Shown: one piece after another, positions 1 through 12,800 of the stretch
Position numbering within the stretch: the first letter of the stretch is position 1
Layout: each line of letters opens with the position of its first letter
Source of the DNA: Eledone cirrhosa
Taxonomy: Eukaryota
Direction: 5' to 3'
DNA length: 64,000 nt
Assembly (NCBI GenBank): GCA_964016885.1
Contig: OZ024741.1
Location: 314,154,001 to 314,218,000, forward strand
Position numbers and translations under genes: made by a program
Notes under the pieces: generated by a model
What the model was told of the DNA's origin: nothing
The model's input: the letters and a program-made list of their open reading frames with translations, nothing else
Database searches by the model: none

Positions 1-505
1 TTTCTTTTATTTACTCTTTTACGATTAAAAGATTATTCTTACATAATACTGAAGTAAAAAAAAAACGTAAGCTAAATATGTAGTGAAATATATAGTGAAA
101 TAGAACAAGAGTAATATACTGAAGTTTAGCACAAAGGGTGCACACGTCGTCTCATGACACTGAACGCTAACGATAATTCCGTTAGCATCGTCGTGAGGAA
201 CGCCACTGCGACAAAATTTTCGGAGTTTTCCTCACTTTCGATTTATAATCTAACTGGGCTAGCAATGTCATCCCTTTCTATTGCTGGATTTATTATATTA
301 TTAACATGGCAGTCAACTTTAGCATTTGGTAAGATAATAACTCATTTGTTATCTTATTCACTTATTGAATATTTTAATTACTTGTCTGTCTTCAAATATT
401 TTTCTCATTTTCATTAATACTGTCATGTTGTTACCTGATCCCCAAACCTAACAGTAGCGGTCCACAATAAAAGTTGACGTGAAGTTAATACCCGTAGTAG
501 TCGGT

Positions 506-599
506 ATGTATGTATGTATGTATGTATGTATGTATGTATGTATGTATGTATGTATGTATGTATGTATGTATGTGTGTGTGTCTATCTCCCCCTCTCTCG

Positions 600-678
<79 letters not shown>
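506..678. repeat. Compound microsatellite (TATG)n-(TG)n-(TC)n-(TA)n, representative of dozens of such tracts in the window
   Basis: Directly visible; produces the spurious MYVC/YIYI ORFs. Confidence 0.95.
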
Positions 679-682
<4 letters not shown>

Positions 683-873
683 TAAGTAGTTTATAGTTAT
701 AAGGTTGGTGATTTAAAACTCTACTTCAGAGATTTGATTCTGACTTAGTTTTTGTTTCTATTTAATTGCTAACCTGTAGATATTGTTCTCCATACAGTAA
801 CGGTTAATCTCACTTGTAATAATTATTTACACACATCTCACTGTGTAACACACTTCTCTTTGTGTAATATATT

Positions 874-922
<49 letters not shown>

Positions 923-951
923 GTGTTTGTGTGTGTATACATGTGTATATG

Positions 952-1330
952 TCATCATCATCATTTCACGTCCGCTTTCATCTGCAAGAATGTTTTGCGT
1001 GTGATTACATAGAACAAATTAGTACTGAAGCGTGGCTACTGACCTATCAGACAGGTCAAGGTCATATCGAGAAGTTGTTTTTTGACACAAATTGAATGGT
1101 CCTACCCACTCTTTGTTTAGTAAACTTTCTACGGCCGTATCCTTTTCCTACCACCAACTGCTTTGCAGCGTGTACTGATTGCTTTTATTGTGTAGATCAC
1201 CAGATCTAAGGAGGTTGTGTTTTTGAAACAACTAAAGGTTTATCTCAATTCTTTTATGTATGGGATCTACAGAGGGTGATCTTCCATTCACCAGCCACTC
1301 TGGAGATGTTGACCATAAATCAAACTGCAG
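952..1330 (-). mobile_element. Short non-coding repeat with RTE-type 3' tail (SINE-like)
   Basis: Starts with (TCA)n + TTTCACGTCCGCTTT, the reverse complement of the 3' end of the RTE at 29560-29606 (GAAAAGCGGACATAAAATGATGATG). Confidence 0.45.
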
Positions 1331-1849
1331 GTTCCTTCAAATCTGGAGAAGGGACAATAAGGGAGGGAGATAAGTATGAAGTTACAGATATGTGTGGTGA
1401 TTTGTTTCGTAGGCCAATGAGTAAGGGGTAGGAGTTGCTGATTAGTGTGTCGGGTGTAGTGGTGTGAGGGATGCGGTCAACATGGTGGAGATATGGAGCG
1501 TGATGGACAGATAGGAAGCGGAGTTACGGATGAGTAAGAGTTAGGTATAGCTGATTAGTGTACGGGGAGGGGGTGGGGTTAGCGAGGGTTGTGGTCGATA
1601 GAGATTGGGGTCGTGTTCGAGAGATGGGTAACGGATAGTGAGGGATAAGGTTTTCTAATATGGATGGAGTGAACAATGGGGAGGGAAAGCAGTTACTATT
1701 GCCCAATGGTGAGGATATCTAAGGTGTCTTGTGTGTGAGTGACTCTTGAGGGTGTATGTGTAGTGGATGCCGCATTGGGGAGGACGGATGGGGGAAATAA
1801 TAGTAGAGAGGAGTTGGTAGTTCATGGATGGGTCAGGTCATATTTTATG

Positions 1850-3020
1850 ATTCTGGTCGGGTCTTCATTAACACAGCATAGCGCCAGCCCATTCGATCCT
1901 TTGTCATCACAAGTTTTTTGGGTCTGCCTTTTCCTCGTGTTCCAGCCACTACGATTGCTCTGCATTTCTTTGTTCAGATGCTATCGTCCATACACCTCAC
2001 ATATCCATACCAAAGTAATCTTGTCTCCTTTTCACATTACTTCCAAATCCTCTTATATAATGTTTTCTTCTCATTTGAGTTCTGCTACGTCGTCCATGCA
2101 CATTAGCATTACACATTCATCGGCGCATACTGTCGTCATTTCTCCTCAGCCTTCGGAGGTCTTCTGTAGTTAAGGCCCATGTTTCCAGCCATTTAGCATT
2201 GCCCTTTGCCCACAGGCATCATACTGTCTACTCTTCACACCGAGTGAGAAAATGCTTGTTGTTAGCAGACGTAACAGCTCTCTAAACTTCTTCCAACCTG
2301 TTCTGATCTGGGTTGTCACATTTCCAGTGTATGCTCCACACTTGTGATTTTGATCGCCTAAGTAACAAAAGCTGTTGATAATTTCTTAGGAGCTTCCCTG
2401 GAAACTAAAGGAATCTCCTTCACATAAGTTTTAGGGCTCCCTTTTTCTGTGCATTAATCCCATCTCTTGTGAGTACATCGATTGCACTCTGTGCACCGTA
2501 TAGAACTCCTGCCCACCCTATTCTGGCATATCGAACATAGCCATTTCCCTGATTGTATCACCTTCTTGTCCTCTTTCGTACTTAGCCCTTTTGCCATTGA
2601 TGCGATTAGTTTTAGGCATTTCAACTCTAGGTTCTTGCATGTTTGAAGTTTTGTCCCTACGATTTCAGTTAAAGTACTAGGTCATCAGCATATAGGAACG
2701 CCCACGGAGTACCAGTTTTGAAATACTCAGCGAGAAAACAGTGAAGAACAGTGATAAATAGGTGTGGACTAAGGACATAGCCCTGGTGGACATCGAACTG
2801 CACTTCATCACTCTACTGGCTTCCAGCTTTTTTATAAATGGCCCAGAATGCTCTCACAAGACATTCATATACATCTAGCTTCCTAAGTGTCCACCATTTT
2901 ACAGAGAACGGCACTCTGTCAAAGGCATTCTCCATATCTACAAAATCTAGATACAATGGCTTACATTTTGCCAAGTACCTCTCAAGCAGTCGTCGCACTA
3001 TAAAGGGGGAATCAATGGCA
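1850..3020 (-). mobile_element. Decayed RTE-clade LINE, RT and C-terminal Cys-rich part
   Basis: Minus-strand FIVRRLLERY..LYLDFVDMENAFDRVP, LYADDL, WLCSICQNRVGRSSIRCTEC..THKRC; homologous to the RTE at 27.3-29.6 kb. Confidence 0.75.
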
Positions 3021-3022
3021 CG

Positions 3023-4020
3023 CTTCTTCTTCTTCTTCTTCTTCTTCTTCTTCTTCTTCTTCTTCTTCTTCTTCTTCTTCTTCTTCTTCTTCTTCTTCTT
3101 CTTCTTCTTCTTCGCCCTCATATTCCTAAAATGGCAGTGGATGGGGGAAGAGTCTTCAACCATTCCTTCCAGTGGGTTAGTCAGAAGCAACCGTCTCCAA
3201 ATAATCCGGCTCTATCCCCAATCTCGATCAGATCAGCTCATGGATGTTATCCAACCATCTTGTGCGGTCTCTGTCACTTGTCTTCCTTCTGGTTGCGTTT
3301 ACCCGTATAATCTTTCGAGCGATTTTTTTCCCGAGATATTCTAAACGCATGTATAGTATCGTATCTGTAATCTCTCAATTCGGAGAAGTAGCGACTCTCC
3401 CTGTGGGGGAGACTAGATCTCCAGGCTACGCACCCTACTGAGTAACGTTACTCAAAATACCCTTTGGAGGAACCCCATTGTTGACGCTTGTATTCACGAT
3501 CATATTCGTTTGGTCATTACCCAAGATCCATGACTATAATGAGTGTTGACACGAATACCGTATTGAAGATAACTAGTTTGGATTTTTCACCTACATCCCT
3601 TCTTGTGAATAATTCTTGCACTTAATTCAGCCTTATGCGTTCCATCACTTGTGAACATGACCCGAGATACCTGAATTTCTCCACCTGTTTCAGTGGAACT
3701 CCATTCATATATAGATTGCACGGCACAAGATTCTTTGAGAGAACGAGTGTCTCAGTTTTCGCAGCATTGGTTTACATACCAGCCATGCAGCACTCGACAT
3801 CAAACCTACAGAGTGCAATTCTGTGATTACTTTCTGCCGAGTTAAGGAATCCCGAGTCGTCTGAAAATTCTATCCGACTGGTTTTACACTTGCCAGTCGT
3901 AATACAACTTCTTGCCCGACTGCGCATGTCAATCATGTTCCTGTAAATAATGAACACGATAGCTGAAAGACGCATCCTTGGCAGAACCCGACTCCCACAT
4001 TGAATGATTTCCATTTAGCA
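3023..4020 (-). mobile_element. Second 5'-truncated LINE (RTE-like RT C-terminus) with (GAA)n tail, nested in the older RTE
   Basis: (TTC)n at 3023-3113; minus-strand VEKFRYLG, CCMAGM, SWVMTKR; host RTE reading resumes on both sides. Confidence 0.6.
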
Positions 4021-4029
4021 CCATTTATC

Positions 4030-4640
4030 CAGTGGTAGTCCTGCCTAGCATAAATCCAAGCTGCATCTTATCTACTTTGATTATCTCCCAAATTAATTAT
4101 GCTATAACATTTTCAACAAATTTCATGACATGGTCCATCAACTTGATGCTTCTGTACTTATTCTCTCTAGTGCATCTTCATTGCCCTCGTAGAAGTTGAC
4201 AATAACTTTGCTGCTGCAGTCATTGGGTATGACACCCTTCTTGTACTACTTGATTAACAATATGTCCGACTAGTACATATCCTACAATGCCGGGTGCTTT
4301 TAGCCTCTCAACAAATATACCAGATGGTCCAGTGGCCTTCTCTCCCTTCATGTACTTAATTTATCTATCTCACTGCTGTCAACTTCTTAGCTGATCCCTT
4401 AGTCAGATCTACATGTGGTAAGCCCTTACTGTCCCATGTATTCTATTCGTTCAGTAGTCTCTCGTAGTAAGTACTTCTTTTCGGCATAAGACAGGGTGGG
4501 TGTTCCACTACATTTGGACCATTTCACTATTTTCTCTAGCACACTCTTTTGCAATCCAATATATTTCCTTCAACTGATCTTCGCGACGAAGAACATGAGC
4601 AACTGTTTTTCACATTCTGCCCTTGCTAGGTATACCTAGT
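4030..4640 (-). mobile_element. Upstream continuation of the RTE at 1850-3020
   Basis: Minus-strand KATGPSG, IPNDCSSKV..FYEGNEDA, KLMDHVMKFVE, MQLGFMLGRTT, which abuts FIVRR at ~3005. Confidence 0.65.
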
Positions 4641-5493
4641 TAAACCTAGTTAAGGAGATAATGGATGTAAGGGTGGGTTGGAAAGACTGGAAAGCTTAAT
4701 AGTTTAACACGTGTAAAAAAATCAACATTCAATAAATCACATCTGTGCTACTTACATACATTTAATTTTCTTTTACCTTTTTGTACTTTTGTTTTGATTT
4801 ACTGTTTTTATCGTTTATTATTCGTGGCTTTTAGTCTCTCGGCTGTATAGTGTGGTGGAAGTTTTTCAACTGTATGTCGGACAATCCGGCAACATAATTA
4901 ACATTGAAACCCCGACAAACATATTTCAAAACACAATACGTTGCACAACGACTTCCCGTACCATTGGATTAAAAACAAGCGAGATTCAAGGCCAGGAGCC
5001 TTAGGCTGCGTGTGGGAGTTAAATACGTACAACCACGTAGGAAGGTGTTTAGATAAGGTTGATGTGAAAGTTTGACGCTAAGTCAAATTTTCCCTCACTG
5101 TAACACCTAGAATGTCATGTCCCTTACTTAAGTTGTCTGAAATTAGACTAAATTTGGTTCAGACAAGTATAGCCTAAAATAGCCATGCCATAACTAATGG
5201 CAGTCATCACGGTAGATACATTAGAGGACATGGGAATCATCATAGTGTATCAAACTGAAAGGAGGACAGGACTGGGATGAACATGATAATCCACATTCAG
5301 ACACGCCAAAAAAAGAGTTGACCGCCAAATTCATATCTTTGGTAGCATCAATGTACCATAGCAATGGCGATCGGAAAAGCCAAATGCCTCATTTGAGCTG
5401 CACGGACGCACTTAAAGGAGAATATACACCTTCTTCTCCTAAAATAAATGGCGTGTGGCAAGTCTGAGAAACATTAGAATTGTACTCCTATAA

Positions 5494-7237
5494 CACCGTG
5501 TAACAAAAAAAAATGTTTTCTCTGTTCCTTACTTGTAATCACTTTTTTGTGTTGCTTAGATCCCAAATAAATTTTAAAAAGTGCTATTAAACAGTTAAAA
5601 GTTTGGGGTTGTAAAGATTCTAAGCTATTCACTAGAATTATTTGTATTCTGGATTTTACGTTGTATGTAAGTTTAATTTGCTTATGTTAAATGATTTTTT
5701 TTCTATATGTTTCAGGTTAAATTAAAATTACAAAATAAAGAGTAATACCTAAAGAAAATGATAAAAGTGCAATAAAGTATAACATTGTTAAAAAGTGGAT
5801 TAAAGAGATTTATTGATACTGGATCTTCGCACTCTGAATAAAGGGTAAGTTGTGTTTTAAGCATTCGTCTTCAGGATGAAGCAGTGGAACTTGGTCAAGG
5901 AGGAAGTGCAGGTGATAAGTCAGAGAAGTCGACATGAACCTTCTCAGGCTTTTACACTGTTAGGGATGGCCTCTGCTTCCGCCATGACGTGCCTGGACTG
6001 TTTGACGTTATTGGGATGCAGTTTGTGCCCAAGGAGTGGCGGCTATTTATAGACAGCTCCACCACAAGTTTGAAGGCTGTCCTCCACCACAATGGAAACA
6101 AGTTCCCGACACTGCCCCTAGCTGATTCAGTCTGCCTGAAGGAAGATTACTACAGTGTGAAAGTCCTCTTGGAAGCTCTGCAATACAACGAGTACAATTG
6201 GGAAATCATTGGAGACTTAAATATGGTGGCTTTCCTGCTTGGATTCCAATGAGGCTTTATCAAATTCCAATGCTTCCTCTGCCTTTGGGACAGCAGAGCC
6301 ACCTCTGACCATTACAAAAGAAAGAACTGGCAGCAGCTAACAGAATGTGTAGTTGGAACCCGGAACGTCATGTGGGAGCCCCTGGTTGATCCCAGGATTG
6401 TACTCATGCTGCCACTGCACATTAAGTTGGGGTTGATAAAGCAGTTTGTGAAGGCTCTCAACTAAGAATCAGTCGCTTTTTAGTACCTTCTTGAGTTCTT
6501 CCCCAAGTTATCTGAGGCCAAAATCAAAGGTGGAATTTTTATTGGACCTCAGATAAATAACGTGTTTGAGTCTACCGTGTTCTCCAATAAGCTCAATAGG
6601 ATTGAGAGAACTGCATAGAACTGTTTCAAGGCAGTTGTTAAGGGCTTCCTGGGAAACTACAGAGCTGAAAACTACCAGCAACTGGGACAGGATCTGATAA
6701 AGGATTTTGGCGCCATGGGATGCAGGATGTCGCTTAAACTCCATATGCTGGACGCTCACCTGGAAGAATTCAGGGACAATATGGGCGCCTACTCAGAAGA
6801 ACAAGGCGAACGATTCCACCAAGATGTGAAAGAGATAGAGCAGAGGTACCAGGTCCACTACAATGAAATAATGATTGGGGACTATATCTGGGGGCTAGTG
6901 CGGGAATGCGACCTAGACTACAAGCGCAAATCCAGGAAATCCAGTCATTTATGACGTGTATAAGTTGCTTTATAAGTGTTATTAGTGTTTACTCGTTTGC
7001 CTTTGATAAGCTTGTGTAATAAAATAAATATATACTCTGTTGATTTAATTATATGAACTGATAAATTTTAAAAAAATGTGTTTTTTCTTGAAAAATATGA
7101 AAATTTCGAAATATCAAACTCCTGACCACAAACCCAAACTTCTGATTAAATAATAGTATTTTTTTTATAATAATGGGATATAACAAACCATGAAATGACA
7201 CTTAGAACCGGGGAACAAAAAATATGTTACACGATTA
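5494..7237 (+). mobile_element. Chapaev3-like (CMC) DNA transposon relic with pseudogenised transposase (~5870-6954)
   Basis: Motifs WRLFIDSS..SLKAVL, CFLCLWDSRA, LPLHIKLGLIKQFVKAL, GCRMSLKLH, EQGERFHQD; several stops; imperfect TIRs CACCGTGTAACA (5494, preceded by TAA) and TGTTACACGATT (~7225-7236). Confidence 0.75.
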
Positions 7238-7575
7238 TAATCAAAGTGAGAAGACGAAAGATTAAAATATCATGATGAATACTCAATTACAGACAACGTG
7301 GACTAGATAAAAGGCCATAGGGAAAAAAAATTCCCAAATTTAAATCCAGCCTCACCACGGCCACAGACACCATAGAATTCACCATACTTTAAACACAGGC
7401 CAATTTGCAAAATAAAATAACAAACAACAAAACCAAACCGTACAAAAACTGATGTTACAAATCTCATGACCATAAGTTCAAAGAATCCGGACTTAATGAA
7501 GAACATAGAACTGCATAGAAACATGAAACAAGTAAATTCCACAACACGCATGTCTCTATACTAACACTCAGAGAT

Positions 7576-7790
7576 TATACAAATAATTGTTTCTACTTTT
7601 GGCACAAGGCCAGAAATTATCTCAGTACATTACTGGTACTTTCTTTTATCGACCGCGTAAGGATGAAAGGCAAAGTTAACATTGGCGGGATTTGAATTCA
7701 GACCGTAAAGGGACGTAACTGTATGCTACAAAGCATGGCGTCCGACCCTCTACTGATACTGCCAATCCTATACAAATAATTGTTTCTACT
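7576..7790 (-). mobile_element. SINE-like repeat flanked by a 22-bp direct repeat
   Basis: TATACAAATAATTGTTTCTACT at 7576 and 7769; core GGTACT..ATCGACC..GGATGAAAGGCAAAGT..GGCGGGATTTGAA also at 40012-40155; strand inferred from B-box-like TTCAAATCC on minus. Confidence 0.65.
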
Positions 7791-8199
7791 ATTAAAATAA
7801 TACAAGATATTTACACACACGAAAAAACAAACACCAAAATGATGTAGGTTATTTACAAGGAAATATTGCTAAACGTTGGTGATTTGCAAGACATTACCCG
7901 TAGGAAGAACAATGCACCCTTCCACGCAAAAAGAGGTGTGTGCTCTTTATCACTTTACTTTTTTTTTATTAAATCATAGCCTTACTCAGAGTAGGTGATG
8001 TGAAATATATATATATGCTGGGGTCACTTTCGAAGCAGTGTCACCTGTTCAACCGCCTCAGTTCGCTAAATATAGACGTAGTTTACATGGGCTTAATCAG
8101 AATGTACGGGCTTCAAGATTTAGTAAGCATTTCTAGTCGTTATGAGGCGTACATATCTCCACAAGATGTCTAGAATAAGGTAGGGGAATCTCCATGTTG

Positions 8200-9430
8200 T
8201 TTTGAAAACGCACAGAGTTAACGATATGAACCCCTTCCTGGACCCAGATGTTAAGCCGATGGAGCTGGACGTAGGCAAGAGTGAAGGACATGCATTCGGG
8301 CTAGAGGCCGTCAGAGCTTTGAAAGTGGGCTAGATCTTTTGAGCCGTGTTGAGAACTTTCTAAGAAACGTATTCTTTTATTATTAATGAGCTACTGGAAT
8401 GGGGTCTTGAATGCCCAGTTGCGGTGGCACATCGTGACAACAAATCCACAATTCAACTTTTTTCACATGTCTACACCAACTGGTAAAAGAATGACAGAAT
8501 TCTATTTCTGTACGTCGAGGTGATGCAGCGCTGCCGAGAATGCAACCAAACAATGAGGATCATATTGATAAGTTTTAAAAGTTTAGCTATTGTTCTGGTT
8601 GAGATGTCACTTGAGGCTCTGCTAGTGTGGGAGAAGAGATATATGCCCTTGCTGACAGTTCCTTCCAGGAAAAATGCCACCCCATACATCGGAGAGAGGG
8701 TGACTAAGGAACTGTCCTAGATAGGGCGCTAATAATCTCAGATCAATTGAAAACTTTCGATGGTGTCGACCATCGGTACCTGACTGCGTTCTTTCAGGCA
8801 TTCAGTCATGGGGACTTTTCAGAGGATAGATTGCTGCAAAGTACAGCGCCGTTCCATATCATGAGCTCGGTCCATAGGGGATACCCTCTGTCGCGTCTTT
8901 TGCGTGAACTGAGTCTTCAGCCATTACTACAAATGTTGCAGACACCGCTGAGCATCCCGCGGAACCTGGGTGTTAGGCAACGCTCTACGCATGTGCAAGG
9001 CGATAACTGTAGCAGAGGTTAACCAGCAAAATATCGGTGACATCCATCTCGGCACATTGGGAGGTAGGTCCATATCCAGTGTTACCTTGACGCTGAGCAG
9101 GTGTGATCGTCTTTCCCCAGCTCATCTCCTTGACAATACTGAAATCCTGGATGAAACAAAACCGAAAGGGAGTGCTTGACTACCAATCGGGCACTGCACT
9201 CTCTTGAAACTCCAATTTCGCGTTCTATATAGGATTAATGTCGGAAAAGATCGACAGCGTCCTCGAGAGATTATATGTGTTAATGAGGATCAACTAGCTG
9301 CTCTCTTCCTGCGAACTATCGATCCATGACCGATGGATATCTTACAGAAATACTTGAGCTGGCACTGCAACCGTGGAATGGGGTACTAAACATTGAATTT
9401 CCTTGATATGCTCTACCGCAGGGTATCGCA
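8200..9430 (+). mobile_element. Highly decayed L1/Tx1-like LINE fragment (RT region)
   Basis: DQLKTFDGVDHRYL, SVHRGYPLS..L..LSLQPLL parallel the RT of the 20-25 kb Tx1-like element. Confidence 0.6.
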
Positions 9431-9879
9431 AACTTTTTACCTCATCGCCCACTTTCACATGGAAAGATTTTTAACCGCCCAACTGTATCGTAAATATTCA
9501 AAACTATACCAACAGTTTGGTAGTTGCTCGTAAACTGACATTTTATAATGTCATAAAAAATATCAAAGTGGCGTAACAAATAACGCTGACTTATGCAGCT
9601 GCTGGTGCTGCTATTACCATATTATAGAACAAATGAAACCAAACTAAACCTTTTAAAACTATATTTTATTAACTTTTATTAGGTTTTGAAAATATGTCAC
9701 TATATTTTGATGATACCACAACAGAGAGAAGAGAAACTTCTATATTTACCTACTGAAACATGCGCTCCCTCTATCAATTACACAGTCAACAATATTGTTC
9801 AATGAATGTTACGTTCATTGCAAAATAGCTTTAATAAATCTAAAATAGACGTGCCTGTGGGTCAAACAACAATTGATCA

Positions 9880-10450
9880 CTAAATAGCATCTACCCAAAT
9901 GTTTGAATATGCTCATTTAAAAATACGAGCATACATTATAATCAAGCATTGATGTATTACAACTGGTGGTTCGATGACTCGTATGAACAATTCAGAACTC
10001 CGGAGATAATGGACTAGTTGATTTTTGACGTTGGTTGTTATTAACCGAAACGACGAAGCTTGTTATCACTAAACGGTAACATTTTGATAATTATGCCTGT
10101 GATTTTTATGCATTACAGTCGAGAGAACTTCTTCAATAATAGGTAGAAGTAATGTTTTGCATAAAGTGTGGGTCGTACCGATCTTTGCAGTCAGTAAAGC
10201 TGTGTAGTACGGCGCAATCATCACTTTATTTGCTGCGTAGTTACTTTCTGAAATTCCGACATTTTACGCTTTTCGAATGAGTTGGCAAAAATATGACAAA
10301 GTTTGTTGCATCTGGTTGGCATGATTAGAATATATATGATACTTTATATTGAGGGTTTCATTGCTTAAAGTTTTGTTGACTGCTCTGTGGTGAAGTCATA
10401 ACCCCATAAAATAATAATGCTGTATTGGCGACAAATGTTGTTAAATGGCG
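9880..10450 (-). mobile_element. hAT (Buster/Charlie, ZBED5/SCAND3-like) transposase relic
   Basis: Minus-strand CRQYS, KTLSNE, LLTAKIGTTHTLCKTLLLPIIEEVLSTVMHK, MLPFSDN, VKNQL, matching the Buster-type N-terminal consensus; frameshifted. Confidence 0.6.
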
Positions 10451-11340
10451 ACATCGAGGTGTTTAAAAATCGTACAATACACTGAAACAATTGGAGAAAC
10501 AATAGATAAGGAAATGTTCGTTCAATATGTTATATTGCTACTGGATGTCCGTTGTCACTAATCCACAAATACAAGAAGACAAGAGCGTTTCAATCATTTG
10601 CTAATAAATACAATCCAACATTAAATGGCTTTCTGTTTACATGAGCATGCGGATTGAGTTATGGGATTCTCATATTTTGCCTGATATTGTCGTCCGCATT
10701 TCCTTGGCTACAGCCTGTCGTCATAATTCTTAGTGGTCATCACGTGTGTCAATTGTATGTGCGATCACGGTGCTGGCGTTGACAATTTTCTGCTGAAGTC
10801 ATTTAATAATTCTATTGGAAAAATTATTCTTGGTCTTCCCTTACCGGATTTATATCCAAAATAAAGAAATACATATTTCATCCAAAGAACTATTTGAATG
10901 TTAATGAACATTCTTAAAATTATAGAAAATACCAAAATGTCCCTTGTTTGCGGGATTGTTCACATCTTATCTAGGAATGTGTGTCTCATATAGCATCCAG
11001 TTTTGTTAAACGGTTTCTCTTTGCACATCTCTTTTGGATACCTTTCTCGGGTAACATATGTTAAAACACCATAATACTCAAAGTCCCATATCGTCCAGAA
11101 AACTTTACAATTATCTACCATTTTCTGTTCGGTTGTTCACTACACGTGCAACAGTTAGAATCGCTCACCATTGGGTGATAACGCATATGTTGGAAAACGT
11201 TGCTTTACATGTCAGAAGGTGCCGTCAACCGGACCTGTCTGAGATTTGCAAACACACAAACCCACAAACACACACACAGATGCACACACTCTCACACACA
11301 CACACACACAGATGCACACACTCTCACACACACACACACA

Positions 11341-11402
<62 letters not shown>

Positions 11403-11449
11403 TACATATATATGTATATATATATATTTATATATAATAATAATCATGT

Positions 11450-12196
11450 CTTTATTGGCCACAAGGGCTGACATCAAGAAAAACATTACAGACGGCACAG
11501 GACGGTACAGGACGGTACGATGTGGGTTTTGTGCGTGTAAAGATTTTTATTATTTATATAAGAAAAGAAAAAAAAGACATAGAAATAAATATTTATATAA
11601 ACAATAAAAATGAAAATTGAAACAATGGAAAATTCCCTAATAGGGGGGAAACCTCCGAGGGTTACTCGTGGCGAAAACCACACAAAAGATCACCAGGGCA
11701 AGCGCCCACTCTCAATTTTTCCATTTCTCAAACTACAGGAGTATATTCAGAACGGTCCCGTACACTCGGACCATTCTCGCTACATTCACCCACCTTTCAA
11801 CAAACTTGCTAGAAAGCAGCACTTGCCTCTCCACCCTGATTTTCCTCTTCAAGTGAAACTTGAAAAAGTTAATTAGGGATTCGCCGAAGAGGAAAGTGTA
11901 TGTCTTTAACCCTTTCAACCTTGTCCACCACACAATCTCTTTCGCCATGGCCACCAGGCAGATGAAAACTGCCTGCCCTTCCTCCTCGAAGGAAGACGGC
12001 GAGACAATCTGCACAATGGACTCAATCGATAAGCGGATCGGTCCTACACGCGACAGCAACTGTTCGACATAGCTCCACAAGTCAGCAATGCTCGGGCACT
12101 GAATGAGAGCGTGCACGACGGTTTTGTCGCTCTGCGCGCATCTCGGACAGGCTCGGCTGACGGCACTTCCGTGCCTGTAGAGCTTATCTCGGACCT
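11450..12196 (-). mobile_element. 3' end of an L1/Tx1-like LINE (zf-RVT and tail)
   Basis: CPRCAQSDKTVVHALIQCP..LWSYVE; ~90 bp clearly homologous to 20355-20445. Confidence 0.75.
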
Positions 12197-12800
12197 ATAT
12201 GGGTATGGCGGAGTGCCGATATAAGGAATGCTTCCTCAACCACCTGTCGACTTTAAGGTACCCGGACAGACGTTCATCCACAAAACTCGCGATCCCCGTA
12301 TGGTCTCTCAAGGACTTAAGTATAGACTACTCCATCCAATGGACAGCCATCACTAAGTCCAAGCCATACGCAAGGGGCAATCTATCGTGTGGACTATCTA
12401 TTAATGAACGAATAAATATTCTAAAGAGATTACGCAATAGTGATTGCCTAAACACGAGAAATGAATTCTTGGCACGTTGTCCACACGTCTGGAAACACCT
12501 CTTACATATCTACAAACCTTCGGATTGAATTACAACAACATCCTAATTTTCTTATCAACTAGAAACTTTCGGACTTTCGCAGTTATGTCCCTTATACCTC
12601 TCGCACGCAATTTAGTATTGCCTGTGTGAAGTGATCGTCTCTGCGCATGCGCGTTCGTACGGTTATCCTTCCTGTTCCGTATGACCATGTCCATTATGAG
12701 CTGAGGATCCGCTAAGGTGAAACAATTGTTCTCAGTATGGTGAAATAACTGTTGTGTAACCACTTCTATCCTGAACACATTCGTTGACGCCTGCCGTAGC
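12197..12800 (+). mobile_element. Hydra-like PLE 3' fragment: C-terminal GIY-YIG half plus pLTR
   Basis: YMGMAE..FLNHLSTL..STKLA..W.LK..IQW..PY..CGL..E..IL..LNTRNEFLARCPH aligns with the C-termini of ORFs 32176-32667 and 51510-53012. Confidence 0.7.
12691..12740 (+). ncRNA. Minimal type I hammerhead ribozyme (PLE pLTR)
   Basis: TGAG-CTGAGGA-TCCGCTAAGGT-GAAA-CAATTG-TT-CTCA: core, short stem II, palindromic stem III, stem I TGAG/CTCA with extension CCAT/ATGG. Confidence 0.7.

Noticed and set aside
2813-3344. Poly-K and poly-F ORFs
   Set aside because: (TTC)n tail of a nested LINE fused to RT fragments
10500-11230. Possible further transposase relic on the minus strand (also unassigned 154-420, 25790-26230, 59900-60360)
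   Set aside because: No motif I can recognise with confidence
11450-12196. Displaced 3' end of the 20-25 kb Tx1-like element
   Set aside because: The ~90-bp overlap has several mismatches, so it is a separate copy
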